This document shows positions 9,782 to 19,862 of a DNA stretch of 64,000 bases, one piece after another. The stretch spans positions 71,150 to 135,149 of the forward strand of contig CAYUHE010000001.1 in NCBI GenBank assembly GCA_964444415.1, read 5' to 3'. A model generated the notes under the pieces. That model saw only the letters and a list, made by a program, of their open reading frames with translations. It did not search any database and had not been told where the DNA came from. Origin of the DNA: an uncultured Gammaproteobacteria bacterium. Its GTDB lineage: Bacteria > Cyanobacteriota > Vampirovibrionia > Gastranaerophilales > CAJFVJ01. The position numbers and the translations under genes are program-made. How positions within the stretch are numbered: position 1 is the first letter of the stretch; the number at the start of each line of letters is the position of its first letter.

Positions 9782-12700
9782 ATGTACATTAAAGAGATTG
9801 AAATAGATAATTTTAAATCTTTTGCCAACAAGGTCACAATACCATTCTTAGACGGCTTTACGACCATATCAGGACCAAACGGTTCAGGCAAAAGTAACAT
9901 AATAGACAGCGTGCTGTTTGCACTTGGGCTGTCTTCTTCGCGTACTTTACGTGCAGAAAAATTATTCCACCTAATAAGCACTCATAACAACAAAAATGAA
10001 GCTGCGGTCAAAATAACTTTCGCGCCACTAGGCGAGGATGAACCTATTGTCGTTTCTCGCAAAATCAAAAAAGCCGGTGCAGGAAACTTTATCAGCTCTT
10101 ATAATTTGAATGGGAAATCATCAACTTTATCAGAAATTCACGACTTTTTGGGAAAATACAACATCTCGCCAAATAGTTATAACGTAATTATGCAAGGTGA
10201 TGTAACAGGAATTACCAACACCAGCTCGAATGAACGCCGAAAAATCATTGACGAAATCGCAGGAGTGGCTGACTTTGACCGCAAAATCGATCAAGCAACA
10301 CGTGAGCTGGAGATGGTCGAAACTCGTGTCGAAAAATCAACTATCATTTTGACAGAAATCGAAGCTCGACTCGAACAGCTTGAACAAGAACGAAAAGAAG
10401 CCCTCAAATACAAAAAACTTAAGGACGAAAAAGTCGAACTCGAAAGCAAAATTTCGACCGTAAAATATTTTGATCTCAAAAACTCAATGGAACGCCTGCA
10501 TGAGAGCATTCTAGATGCCGACAATCAAAGAAAATCAGAACTTGAATCACTCAAAAAACTCTCCAAAGACCTTGCCAAAACTCAAATAGAGCTTGCCGAT
10601 ATCTCTGAACAGGTCAAAACCAAAGGCGAAGCCGAACAAATCGAAATCAAAAAACATGCCGAATCTCTCAAAGGGGAAATTGCACGCAAAAAAGACTCTA
10701 TAGCCTTTAATGACAAACAAATTGAGGATAATAAACTTGTAATAATCAGCTCAAATGAAAACATCGAAAATTTGAAGCAAAAAATCGATGATACGCTTAT
10801 CAAGATTGACGGGAAAAAAGATGACATCAAAATAATCGAAGCGAATATTGAAAGCGAAAAAGCCCAGCTTGAGCAAGTTTTATCACAAGTTACAAACATC
10901 AATCAAAGTACAAACGAGCATGTCGAAAAACGCAACGAGCTCAGACGTACTTTGGAAAAATCCCATGATGATGAAAACAATTTGATTAAAGAAAAACTCC
11001 CGCTTGAAGAAAAGCTTTCATCTCTGAGAAAAGAAATCGCCGAATCAAAACAAATAGTTGAACAGCTTGTAGAATCAAAAAAAATGTTTGATTCAAATGA
11101 AGATATTTTAAAGACTCAAATTGAAGAAACACAAAAGGAACTGATAGACTTTGAATCGGCTCAAAAGAAAATTATGATTGAGCTTGATACTGTCAAAAAT
11201 GAAATTACCGACTCTAGCTATAACGTAAATCTTGCATACCGCAAAATCAGCAATCTTGAAGCCCAAAAACAGGCTTTTGAAGATGCTAATTTCGGTCGAG
11301 CTATCGAAACCGTCATGAATTCAGGATTGGGCGGAATCCACGCTCCGCTGGCAAAACTCGGCAAAGTCGACAAAAAATACTCTCTTGCCCTAGAAGTCGC
11401 AATGGGTTCTCGCATGAGGTATATAGTTGTGGACTCGGATGAAGTTGCTTCTGTCGCAATCGAAATCCTGAAATCAGCAAATGCAGGTCGTGCATCGTTT
11501 TTGCCTTTGAATAAAATCCAAAAAGCCCCGGGGAATTTGAAACTCCCAAAAGAACAAGGCGTCATTGATTATGCGATTGATTTGATTGATTATGATGAAG
11601 TTTATGATAATGCATTTTATCATGCCCTTGGAGAAACCCTTGTTGTAGAAGACATGCAGGTTGCCAGAAGACTCTTCGGGCGCTACCGCATGGTCACACT
11701 TGACGGGTCAATTGTCGAAAAATCAGGTCTCATGAGCGGTGGTTCAAATGCCAAAAGCAACCTCAAATTCAGCCAAAATGAAGACGAGGAACTAGAAACT
11801 TACAAAACTCGCTTAAAAGAATTTGAAACCAAGCATCAAGAACTTGAAGCAAAAAAACTTGAGCTTGAAACCAAGCACGAAAAAATCCGCCAACATTACT
11901 CTGGAGCGCTAAATGAGCTTAACAAGAAAAAAATTGAATATGATAATGTAGTTAAAAACCAAGCTGATGCTGACAAAAATATCGAAGCAAAAATTGAATT
12001 TCTTAAAGAATCTGAGCCAAAAGTTGAAGAACTCGGCAAAAATCTTGATGCCATTGAAGCAAAACATATTCAAATCAACGAACTTTCAGCTTCCTTGAAG
12101 GAACAAATTGAAGCCATTGAAACCCAAATGCCTCAAGACGAACTCTCCAAGCTAAATGAACTCACCGAAGGCATCGAGTTTGAAGTCAAACGTCTTGAAT
12201 CCCAAATCGCCAACTGCAACAACGATATCAAAGGCTTTAACATGGAGATTGATTTCAACAAAGAATCAATCAAAAATCAAGAAGAACGCATCTTAAAAAT
12301 CAATGTCGATAATGTCAAACTTGTTGAAGATAAAGAAAAATTCGCCATTGAAATAACAGAAATTCAAACCCAAATTGAAGAACTTGATATCAAAATCAAA
12401 GAAATCGGCGAAAAACTCGGCGAACTTCAAACAAAACGTGACGAACTTCAAAAATCCGTCATTGACATGGAGAAAAACAAAACTGTTTTTGAGGCCAAAA
12501 TTGAAAGAACTCAAGAACAAATAGAGGCTTACAAATCTCGCAGAAAAGAGCTTGAGCCTGAACTCGAAACCATAAGAGAAGAACTCAAAGAAGCAGGCTA
12601 TGACTTATCAAACTTGAAACCACTTGAGATTTCGATCGAAGAAGTTATGAAGAAAATTGCCAGTCTTGACCGCCGTATGGAAGATCTTGGAGCTGTCAAT

Positions 12701-13279
12701 ATGCGTGCAATTCAGGACTATGATGAAGTTGAATCCCGCAAAAATGACCTCCACGAACGCCTCAAAACCCTTGATAATGAACGCAAACAAATCAATGACA
12801 GGATGCTTGGCTATGAAGATTTGAAGAAAAAAGCATTCCTTGAAACATTCCATAACGTAAATGAAAACTTTAAGGATATTTTTGCACAGCTTTCTGACGG
12901 AGAAGGGCAGTTAATTCTTGAAAATGCTGAAAATCCACTCGCAGCAGGGCTTACAATTGAAGCTCGCCCTCGTGATAAAAAAATGCAGCGTCTTGAATCA
13001 ATGTCAGGTGGCGAAAAATCGCTTACAGCTCTGGCATTTGTTTTTGCCATTCAAAGATATATGCCTGCACCATTTTATGCCTTTGATGAGGTAGATATGC
13101 ACCTTGACGGCATAAATGTCGAAAAATTATCTGAAATGATTAAAAAGCAATCGGCACAAACTCAATTTATCGTGGTTTCATTGCGCAAACCTATGATTGA
13201 ATCCGCAAATCGCACAATAGGCGTGACCCAAAAAGAAAAAGGTATTACAAAAGTTACAGGAGTCAGATTAAGTGATTGA
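9782..13279 (+). CDS. smc: Chromosome segregation protein SMC
   Basis: FKSF, Walker A GPNGSGKSN, coiled coils, hinge (GRASFLPL, VTLDG...G...GG), MSGGEKSL signature, FDEVD. Confidence 0.97.
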   Translation: MYIKEIEIDNFKSFANKVTIPFLDGFTTISGPNGSGKSNIIDSVLFALGLSSSRTLRAEKLFHLISTHNNKNEAAVKITFAPLGEDEPIVVSRKIKKAGAGNFISSYNLNGKSSTLSEIHDFLGKYNISPNSYNVIMQGDVTGITNTSSNERRKIIDEIAGVADFDRKIDQATRELEMVETRVEKSTIILTEIEARLEQLEQERKEALKYKKLKDEKVELESKISTVKYFDLKNSMERLHESILDADNQRKSELESLKKLSKDLAKTQIELADISEQVKTKGEAEQIEIKKHAESLKGEIARKKDSIAFNDKQIEDNKLVIISSNENIENLKQKIDDTLIKIDGKKDDIKIIEANIESEKAQLEQVLSQVTNINQSTNEHVEKRNELRRTLEKSHDDENNLIKEKLPLEEKLSSLRKEIAESKQIVEQLVESKKMFDSNEDILKTQIEETQKELIDFESAQKKIMIELDTVKNEITDSSYNVNLAYRKISNLEAQKQAFEDANFGRAIETVMNSGLGGIHAPLAKLGKVDKKYSLALEVAMGSRMRYIVVDSDEVASVAIEILKSANAGRASFLPLNKIQKAPGNLKLPKEQGVIDYAIDLIDYDEVYDNAFYHALGETLVVEDMQVARRLFGRYRMVTLDGSIVEKSGLMSGGSNAKSNLKFSQNEDEELETYKTRLKEFETKHQELEAKKLELETKHEKIRQHYSGALNELNKKKIEYDNVVKNQADADKNIEAKIEFLKESEPKVEELGKNLDAIEAKHIQINELSASLKEQIEAIETQMPQDELSKLNELTEGIEFEVKRLESQIANCNNDIKGFNMEIDFNKESIKNQEERILKINVDNVKLVEDKEKFAIEITEIQTQIEELDIKIKEIGEKLGELQTKRDELQKSVIDMEKNKTVFEAKIERTQEQIEAYKSRRKELEPELETIREELKEAGYDLSNLKPLEISIEEVMKKIASLDRRMEDLGAVNMRAIQDYDEVESRKNDLHERLKTLDNERKQINDRMLGYEDLKKKAFLETFHNVNENFKDIFAQLSDGEGQLILENAENPLAAGLTIEARPRDKKMQRLESMSGGEKSLTALAFVFAIQRYMPAPFYAFDEVDMHLDGINVEKLSEMIKKQSAQTQFIVVSLRKPMIESANRTIGVTQKEKGITKVTGVRLSD

Positions 13280-14075
13280 TAATGTTTTTGAAACAGCTAT
13301 GAATCTGCAAAAATCCAATTCCAAGGACGGCATTGAGATTTTGGTCAATATGGCAAAAAAACAGGAACTTGACCCATGGAACGTCAATATTGTTGATGTT
13401 ACAGACAAATACCTTCAACATTTGGTCGAGCTAAAGCAAAATAATCTTCGCCTAACTGGGCGGACTCTTTTGTTTGCAGCCATTTTGCTTCGCCTCAAAT
13501 CTGATATCCTTGAAGGCATTGACCCTCTTATGCTCGAAGAAGAAATGGTGCAAGGCTTTGAAGAAGATTATGATGACCCTGATTTTGTTGATTATGAACA
13601 ATTGGCCAATCGTGCAAATGTAATCTCTATAGACGAAGCACTTGAGCGTCGTACTAGCGTAAAACTCAATCGTAAACGTGTTGTAACCCTGAAAGATTTG
13701 ATAAAACAATTAGAATTTTATGAAGAACTTGAAAGAAAACGTTCTTTAAAAAATGCTCACGAACGTGCAAAACGCCGAATTCAATCTTATGCGAATTTGA
13801 GTCCGCAAGATATCATAAATCTTGCCCATGACGAATACATCGAAGATAGCATAAAAACCTTGTACACTCTACTTGAGCGTCTTTTTGAATCTAATGAAAA
13901 AATTGAGCTCTCGGAGCTTCAAACTGTCGGAATGGATAAAATTTCGGCTTATATTGCCTTACTCTTTCTCTCCGCAGACGGCAGAGTGGATTTGGTGCAA
14001 GATGAATTTTATTCTGATTTGTATGTAATTGCAGATAACCTGAAAGGAAAAGATGAGCCTAAAGTCCAAAGTTGA
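13272..14075 (+). CDS. scpA: Segregation/condensation protein A (kleisin)
   Basis: LDPWNVNIVDVTDKYL, AAILLRLKS, LVQDEFYSDL; overlaps smc. Confidence 0.9.
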   Translation: MIDNVFETAMNLQKSNSKDGIEILVNMAKKQELDPWNVNIVDVTDKYLQHLVELKQNNLRLTGRTLLFAAILLRLKSDILEGIDPLMLEEEMVQGFEEDYDDPDFVDYEQLANRANVISIDEALERRTSVKLNRKRVVTLKDLIKQLEFYEELERKRSLKNAHERAKRRIQSYANLSPQDIINLAHDEYIEDSIKTLYTLLERLFESNEKIELSELQTVGMDKISAYIALLFLSADGRVDLVQDEFYSDLYVIADNLKGKDEPKVQS

Positions 14076-14628
14076 GGCGGTTTTATTTATTACAGCGAGA
14101 GCTGCAACGCCTGAAGAAATTTCTGCCATTTTAAATGCGCCTGTCGAAGATATCGAAGAGGCTTTATTGGACTTGATTATGGACTATGCATCCAGAGAAG
14201 GTGCTCTCGAAATCGATGATGAAAACGGCTACATAATCCAAATCAGGCAAGAATATATGGATATCGTAGAAAAACTTGTACCGGTTGAGCTTACGCCTGC
14301 AATTCTCAAAACTCTTTCGATTATTGCAATCAAAGAACCTATTTTGCAATCAGATTTAATCGACCTGCGCGGCTCAAGTGCGTATGACCATATCAAAGAA
14401 CTATTAATCAAAGGACTCGTAACCAGACGACGTGATTCAAATACACGTTCTTTCAAAATCAAAACTACAGATAAATTTTCAGAATACTTCAAACTCAAAG
14501 GGGATGAGGCCACAGTGGCACAATTTATGGCAGAGAAAAATAAAATAAACCACATAGGTGAAATCGTTGATCAAAAGGAGCTTGAAATAGATGATGATTT
14601 ACTAAATGTCGACATAATCGACGACTAG
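14053..14628 (+). CDS. scpB: Segregation/condensation protein B
   Basis: VEAVLF, LKTLSIIAIKEPI, LRGS, TTDKFSEYF. Confidence 0.92.
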   Translation: MSLKSKVEAVLFITARAATPEEISAILNAPVEDIEEALLDLIMDYASREGALEIDDENGYIIQIRQEYMDIVEKLVPVELTPAILKTLSIIAIKEPILQSDLIDLRGSSAYDHIKELLIKGLVTRRRDSNTRSFKIKTTDKFSEYFKLKGDEATVAQFMAEKNKINHIGEIVDQKELEIDDDLLNVDIIDD

Positions 14629-14642
14629 GAAAGGAAAAGACT

Positions 14643-14918
14643 ATGGATAAAAATGCAAAAATGTCAGCTTTCAACCAGACCAGATATGGTGAGGCTCAAG
14701 CTATGCTTAACCAAAAAAAATCGGCTGGAACTATAACCAAAACATCAAAATTCACCATGCCGGATGGAAAAGTCTTGGTTAGAAACCCAAAATCAAACAG
14801 AATAGACTTCAAAACTCTTTTTTCGGGCTTGCATGATAACAACAATACCAATACAATCAGTAATTTCAAGCTAATTTCTGATAATATGATGGCATCCTAT
14901 AAAAAAATAAATAAATAA
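14643..14918 (+). CDS. Hypothetical protein
   Basis: ORF with AGGA SD directly after scpB; no recognisable motif. Confidence 0.55.
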   Translation: MDKNAKMSAFNQTRYGEAQAMLNQKKSAGTITKTSKFTMPDGKVLVRNPKSNRIDFKTLFSGLHDNNNTNTISNFKLISDNMMASYKKINK

Positions 14919-14920
14919 GC

Positions 14921-15304
14921 TTAACCGAACAAACACTCCCAAAGAGATTGTTCTAAAAGAGCTTTGTATTTGAATTTTCCGTATTGAGGAAATAAAACAT
15001 CCTCAAAATAATCTTCTATCTTCTCTACATCGTAAGCACAAATAAGTACTATGTCAGGATTTTGCTCTTTTACGTTACTTGGAGCAAAAGCTTTAAACCC
15101 TTTATGCTCTAAAGTTTTAGAATCAAAATTCTTGTCCGCTATACCTATGATATTAAGTCCGCTTAAATCAAAATTTTCTATGATTTCATCAAAATACATA
15201 CCTGCAGCATATAAAATGACTTTTTTATTCTTGTATTTTTTTGCTAATTTATCTATTTTTTTTTGAAGTTTAAGTTCTTGCAATTCTTCTAATATACCGC
15301 TCAT
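14921..15304 (-). CDS. Hypothetical protein, small Rossmann-like domain
   Basis: KVILYAAG...IIGIAD...PDIVLI; GGGAG SD; resembles the N-terminal domain of 24449..25579. Confidence 0.7.
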   Translation of the reverse strand: MSGILEELQELKLQKKIDKLAKKYKNKKVILYAAGMYFDEIIENFDLSGLNIIGIADKNFDSKTLEHKGFKAFAPSNVKEQNPDIVLICAYDVEKIEDYFEDVLFPQYGKFKYKALLEQSLWECLFG

Positions 15305-15381
15305 AAAGACTCCCTCAATATATAATTACAAATCTAATTATATTTTTTTGAAAAACTCAAGTCAAGATTGTATATATCATT

Positions 15382-16773
15382 CTATTTTTTAACAACTTCA
15401 GGTCTTTTTAAAGGAGTTACTTTTGTCGGTTCTTTCATAAAATTCTTTTTGTAAAAATCTGCCAGAGGTGTCGCTACAACAGGCACTATATATCTGTATA
15501 TAAAGGCAAAAGCAATCATTGTAGGGGCTACTGAGCCTATATTGCCAGCACGGAATTTATATTTTTCAAGATAATTTGCTCGCAGTTCTCTTGTTCTTTC
15601 TAAAGGGGTTAATATTTTATTTTGTTTTTTCTCTATAGCTTTAAAGAATCCTTGTTTTTCTTCTTCTTGCATTATTTTTTCGATATTTTCTTCAAAATGA
15701 CTCCTCTTATATTTTTGATAATTTTCGCCCATCTCTTTGAATTTATCTTTTATTGCTTCACCCAAAGCAGCTGAAACTATAGCGGAAACCCCCCAAACTA
15801 TAAATTGATTTGCAGCAAGAGTTTTTTTGCGGTCTTGTTCTATTTTCGGGCTGCTTATTGTCGAACCTGCATATACCAAAGTTCCCAAAAACGCTGTCCC
15901 TGAAGTAAACAGATTCTTTACAGCTGAATCTGTTTTCTTATCATTAGCCATTTTTTCAGATAAATTCTTTACTTTTTTATTCCCAGCAGCTCTCTCAATA
16001 AAAGACTCTATTTTCTTTATAAATTTTTGACCCAAATTCAATTTTTCGGGAACTTGCCCTTTAAATTGAGGCTGAGAAGAATTATTTTCAAAAGCTTTAA
16101 AAGAAGCGGTTAAAGGCTCTTTCGGTTTTGAGGATGTAGAAATATTAGATGATTCATTTGTCTTTTGGATTGGTGGCTTTTGCTGCGTTTTATTTTTGCC
16201 GTCTTTATCTTTCTTAAAGAAAAGCCCCATTACAGTTGGAATCAATGCAATAGTGCCGGCAGCAATAAGCGGCTGCAAAACAAATTTTGGTCCCCAGCTC
16301 ACTATAAAATTAAATGCATCTTTATTTTTAGCATTATGCTTAATAAAGCTATTTTTTAAATATTCAGGGTCTTTATCAACTCTTTGAGCAACCTTTTTCA
16401 GGGCCGTACTTACAGGGTTAAACAGCACTATAGCCGTCACATACCCCCAAATCCCAGAAGCCATGCCATGAGCAGATGCGTATTGTTTATCTCTTTTCTC
16501 ACCACCAGGAAGACTCAAAATGGTCAAAGGTCTTAGAACACAAGCCAAGCCAAGAACTGCCGTAGCCTCTAAAAGAACAGGTTTAGCTGTCATTTTTGCA
16601 AATTTTTCAAAACCTTTACTTAGATAAAATTTCTTTTTAGCAGCTTCGCTCATCTTAAAAGGACTGCCTTTGAAATTCACATCCGAAGGTTTATTAGCAA
16701 AATTTCTTGAAAATACCGTTCTATCCCGGCTTTTCAGCCTGTCAGAATTTTGACTTAGTTGAATGACCATCAC
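15382..16773 (-). CDS. Hypothetical membrane protein, A-B fusion with F-K-G motif before each module
   Basis: N-half aligns to 5071..5790 and C-half to 5790..6476; VNFKG and PQFKG motifs. Confidence 0.85.
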   Translation of the reverse strand: MMVIQLSQNSDRLKSRDRTVFSRNFANKPSDVNFKGSPFKMSEAAKKKFYLSKGFEKFAKMTAKPVLLEATAVLGLACVLRPLTILSLPGGEKRDKQYASAHGMASGIWGYVTAIVLFNPVSTALKKVAQRVDKDPEYLKNSFIKHNAKNKDAFNFIVSWGPKFVLQPLIAAGTIALIPTVMGLFFKKDKDGKNKTQQKPPIQKTNESSNISTSSKPKEPLTASFKAFENNSSQPQFKGQVPEKLNLGQKFIKKIESFIERAAGNKKVKNLSEKMANDKKTDSAVKNLFTSGTAFLGTLVYAGSTISSPKIEQDRKKTLAANQFIVWGVSAIVSAALGEAIKDKFKEMGENYQKYKRSHFEENIEKIMQEEEKQGFFKAIEKKQNKILTPLERTRELRANYLEKYKFRAGNIGSVAPTMIAFAFIYRYIVPVVATPLADFYKKNFMKEPTKVTPLKRPEVVKK

Positions 16774-16880
16774 ACATCTCTAGCTATATTACATCTTCTT
16801 TAAGATTCAAACAAAAACTTTCATGTTAGTACCAGCAGTATTTTTTTACAAAAATTTATATAATTCTATAGGAATTCTCC

Positions 16881-17696
16881 TCAAAGTCTATTTTGAGCAA
16901 TAATTATTCGCTCAATTCCTGATAAATCTTTTAAAATTTGAATATTTACAAATTCGTTATGCTCCAAAATCTGAACAATGTTTTGAGACTGCCCTATTCC
17001 AATCTCAAATGCTAAATAACCCTTTTTATTAAGATAATTTTGTGACTGCTCAATGATTTTTTCATAGAACTCTATGCCTTTTTCATCCGAGGTAAAAAGT
17101 GCCAAATGAGGCTCCTTCAAAGCTACTTCCGCCTGCAAATTCGGCAACTCACCTTTTGGGATATAAGGAGGATTTGAGACTATAATATCAAATTTGTCTG
17201 AAATATTTGAAAACAAATCCGAATGAATAAATTCTACTTTTTTGCAAAGAGTTTTGGCATTTATTCGGGCAATTTCAAGAGCTTTTTCGGAAATATCGCA
17301 TGCGCTAACAGCCATACCTGTGATTTTTTGAGCCATAATAGCAATACATCCAGAGCCTGTACCTATGTCCAGAATACTTTTTTCGGGTAACTTAGATACT
17401 GCCTCAACCAAAAGCTCTGTTTCGGGCCTTGGAATAAGTACATGCTCATTCACTATAAATTTTTCACCCATAAAATAGCTATATCCGACAAGATACTGCA
17501 TCGGGATTTTTTCTTTGATTCTTTTTTCTAGCAAAAAATTGATGTTTTCTAAAATTTCTACCGGAAGCTCATGCCCCAGCAAAAAATCTTTTTTTGAAAA
17601 CTCAAAACTATCAAGCAAAAGGCTAATCTCAGCGTCCGCCTGCAAAACATGCATAAGAGGATAAAGTTTTTGGCAAAGCTCTTTATATTTCACCAC
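16881..17696 (-). CDS. prmC: Release factor glutamine methyltransferase
   Basis: VLIPRPETELLVE, LDIGTGSGCIA, SNPPY. Confidence 0.95.
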   Translation of the reverse strand: MVKYKELCQKLYPLMHVLQADAEISLLLDSFEFSKKDFLLGHELPVEILENINFLLEKRIKEKIPMQYLVGYSYFMGEKFIVNEHVLIPRPETELLVEAVSKLPEKSILDIGTGSGCIAIMAQKITGMAVSACDISEKALEIARINAKTLCKKVEFIHSDLFSNISDKFDIIVSNPPYIPKGELPNLQAEVALKEPHLALFTSDEKGIEFYEKIIEQSQNYLNKKGYLAFEIGIGQSQNIVQILEHNEFVNIQILKDLSGIERIIIAQNRL

Positions 17697-18420
17697 TAAC
17701 CGCTACATCATTTTCAAGTGTAATAACTAATTTAGTTCCTGACGGCAAGTTTATCGGCTGACCTTTATGGAAAAACAACCAGCCAAGCCCTAATGAAAAT
17801 CCTGATACAGCACCAATAACACCTCCTACCAAAGGGTATGGCATCAAAAGACCAAATCCAAAACCTGCCAAAGCTCCACCTATTGAAGTAATAGCAAGCA
17901 AAGATGAAATTTCTTGAAACTGTTTTGATTTGTCAGCACCAAGAAGCATGCTCGAATTGTCTTTTGTTTTTATATTCGCAACTATAGGGAGTTTAAGGTC
18001 TTCACCGCAATCAATTTCTTCAAAAACAACTTGTGCTTTTGCATTTTGGTACCAAATGCCTTTTCTTCTGAGTTTGGTTATTTTGCCTGAAACAATCGAA
18101 CCCTCAGGTGCGATTATTTTATTGTTAATTTCTAACGGAAAAACCAATTTTGCCCTGACTTCATCGCCAATACTTGCTGTTTCAGAATCTATTGTATCCT
18201 CCAATTCGATAGCCAAATTGTCGCCAGCTTTTAAATAACCGTAGTCTTCAGCTTCTTCTGAAGTTGAATCCTGATTTTGCTGTTCTTGAAAAATTTCTTC
18301 TAATTGAGCTTCTATATTATTGCCGTATTGCTGAGGATACGTATTTGCAAAACAAAAATTCAATCCAAAAAAGCTTATAAGAAGTGCGATTGTTATTATT
18401 TTCCTGCTATAAAATTTCAT
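17683..18420 (-). CDS. Exported/membrane protein with TrbI/VirB10-like beta domain and glycine-zipper hairpin
   Basis: Sec-type signal; IDSETASIGD.V.AKL..P......APEGSIVSG; GGALAG...GGVIGAVSG; LPSGT. Confidence 0.6.
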   Translation of the reverse strand: MKFYSRKIITIALLISFFGLNFCFANTYPQQYGNNIEAQLEEIFQEQQNQDSTSEEAEDYGYLKAGDNLAIELEDTIDSETASIGDEVRAKLVFPLEINNKIIAPEGSIVSGKITKLRRKGIWYQNAKAQVVFEEIDCGEDLKLPIVANIKTKDNSSMLLGADKSKQFQEISSLLAITSIGGALAGFGFGLLMPYPLVGGVIGAVSGFSLGLGWLFFHKGQPINLPSGTKLVITLENDVAVSGEI

Positions 18421-18428
18421 ATTCCCTA

Positions 18429-18614
18429 CTATAAATCTTTTGGTTTAAACTTGAAAAAACCTGTTAAAATATCCTTCTCTTCAGATAAATTTTGGTGTAA
18501 AAATTTGACCATCTGTTTCTTTATAGGGTCAGAGGCTTTTTGCTCCAAATTTCTAAATGCCTTTTTGGAGTCTTTTTGATTTTCTATTAACTTGAATGGT
18601 TTTTTTTCTTTCAT
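18429..18614 (-). CDS. Small basic hypothetical protein
   Basis: Likely start MKEKKP at 18614; lies in front of the 17683 and prmC genes. Confidence 0.45.
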   Translation of the reverse strand: MKEKKPFKLIENQKDSKKAFRNLEQKASDPIKKQMVKFLHQNLSEEKDILTGFFKFKPKDL

Positions 18615-18904
18615 GATTATTATTTTACCTGCATAAAGCAATAAACACAACTAAAGTTGTATTAAATTCGTACCTTTTGGGAATATTCAAATAAAACCAA
18701 AATGCTATATTGAGTATGTGAGTTGTTCCCCCCGAGTTAGCATATTTAAAAACACAAAACCCTTGATGTTTTAAAAAATTTAAACAACTTATACACAACG
18801 TAAAAATCGAAGCTTGTTTTTTTGAAAAAAGTTTAATAATTTTTTCTCAAAATAGCACAGCTCTAGGTTTTGCGCCCATTTATCAATACATATTGAGCTA
18901 TTTC

Positions 18905-18933
18905 ACACGGATGTTAAATATTAAAGAAGGAGA
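18905..18933 (+). promoter_or_regulatory. Putative CsrA-binding site plus SD in the flagellin leader
   Basis: ACACGGATGT (ACA-CGGA-TGT mini-hairpin) matches ACANGGAUGU; second GGA in the SD GAAGGAGA. Confidence 0.55.
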
Positions 18934-18939
18934 TTCCCT

Positions 18940-19788
18940 ATGAGCGTAGTAGTAAATACCAATCTGGCGTCTGCAATGGTGCAGAAAAACTTAGGTAAAG
19001 CAACACTTGACCTTGGTAACACAATGAGAAAGTTATCAACAGGTATGAGAATCAATTCAGCAGGCGATGATGCTGCAGGATTGTCACTATCTGAAAAACT
19101 GAAAAGTCACATTGATTCATCAGAAATCACTAAACTAAATGCACAAAGCGGTATTAATATGCTGCAAGTTGCAGAAAGTGATTTAAGCGTTATTCAAAAC
19201 AATTTACAAAGAATGAGAGACTTGTCTATACAAGCAGCTAACGGCGTCTATTCAACTTCAGAACGTAAAATGATTAACCAGGAATTCCAAGAGCGTATCA
19301 AAGAAATTGACAGAATTTCACAAAGCTCACAATTCTCTGACTTATTCTTATTGAACGGGTCTTTGGGACCATCAGGTTCACAATTAAAACTGCAAGTTGG
19401 AACTTATGCATCACCTGCAACAACAAATACAATCAACATCGGTGCTGCATTCGCAACAACAAACACTGTAGCACTCCATCTTAACACCTCTAATGTCACA
19501 ACTGTAACTTCTGCCCTTGCATCTATCGTATCATTAGATGCAGCTATAAGTACAGTTTCCAGCAGAAGATCATTAATCGGTGCCAATATTAACCGCTTGC
19601 AAAGTACTGTAGAAAGAATTGATGTAAGAAAAGAAAACCTTCAAGCATCATACTCAACAATTAGAGATACAGATATAGCCAAAGAAACAGCTAATCTCTC
19701 TAGACTACAAGTATTGCAACAATCAGGAGCAATGCTGTTGAAACAAGCTAACCAAACAACACAGTTAGCTCTGCAATTACTACAATAA
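18940..19788 (+). CDS. fliC: Flagellin (short type)
   Basis: VNTN...KLSTGMRINSAGDDAAGL N-terminus; IRDTDIAKE...QAN...LQLL C-terminus. Confidence 0.96.
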   Translation: MSVVVNTNLASAMVQKNLGKATLDLGNTMRKLSTGMRINSAGDDAAGLSLSEKLKSHIDSSEITKLNAQSGINMLQVAESDLSVIQNNLQRMRDLSIQAANGVYSTSERKMINQEFQERIKEIDRISQSSQFSDLFLLNGSLGPSGSQLKLQVGTYASPATTNTINIGAAFATTNTVALHLNTSNVTTVTSALASIVSLDAAISTVSSRRSLIGANINRLQSTVERIDVRKENLQASYSTIRDTDIAKETANLSRLQVLQQSGAMLLKQANQTTQLALQLLQ

Positions 19789-19832
19789 GAAATTTTAACC
19801 TAATATAAATCAGCTCAAGGGAAAAATCACTA

Positions 19833-19859
19833 CCCTGCGGAAATTCCGCAGGGCTTTTT
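19833..19859 (+). terminator. Rho-independent terminator of flagellin
   Basis: CCCTGCGG aaatt CCGCAGGG cttttt. Confidence 0.85.
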
Positions 19860-19862
19860 ATT

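Noticed and set aside
9782-14918. smc-scpA-scpB plus a small ORF as a Wadjet/MksBEFG defence system
   Set aside because: The SMC is canonical with a hinge, ScpA and ScpB are canonical, and the 91-aa downstream ORF has no Toprim/JetD features. This is the housekeeping condensin.
17683-18420. VirB10-like gene as evidence of a type IV secretion or conjugative element
   Set aside because: It is isolated, translationally linked to prmC, and has no other T4SS, relaxase or integrase genes nearby.
18660-18900. Sigma28 promoter for flagellin
   Set aside because: No convincing TAAA-N15-GCCGATAA; the nearest -10-like GCCCATTT lacks a properly spaced -35.
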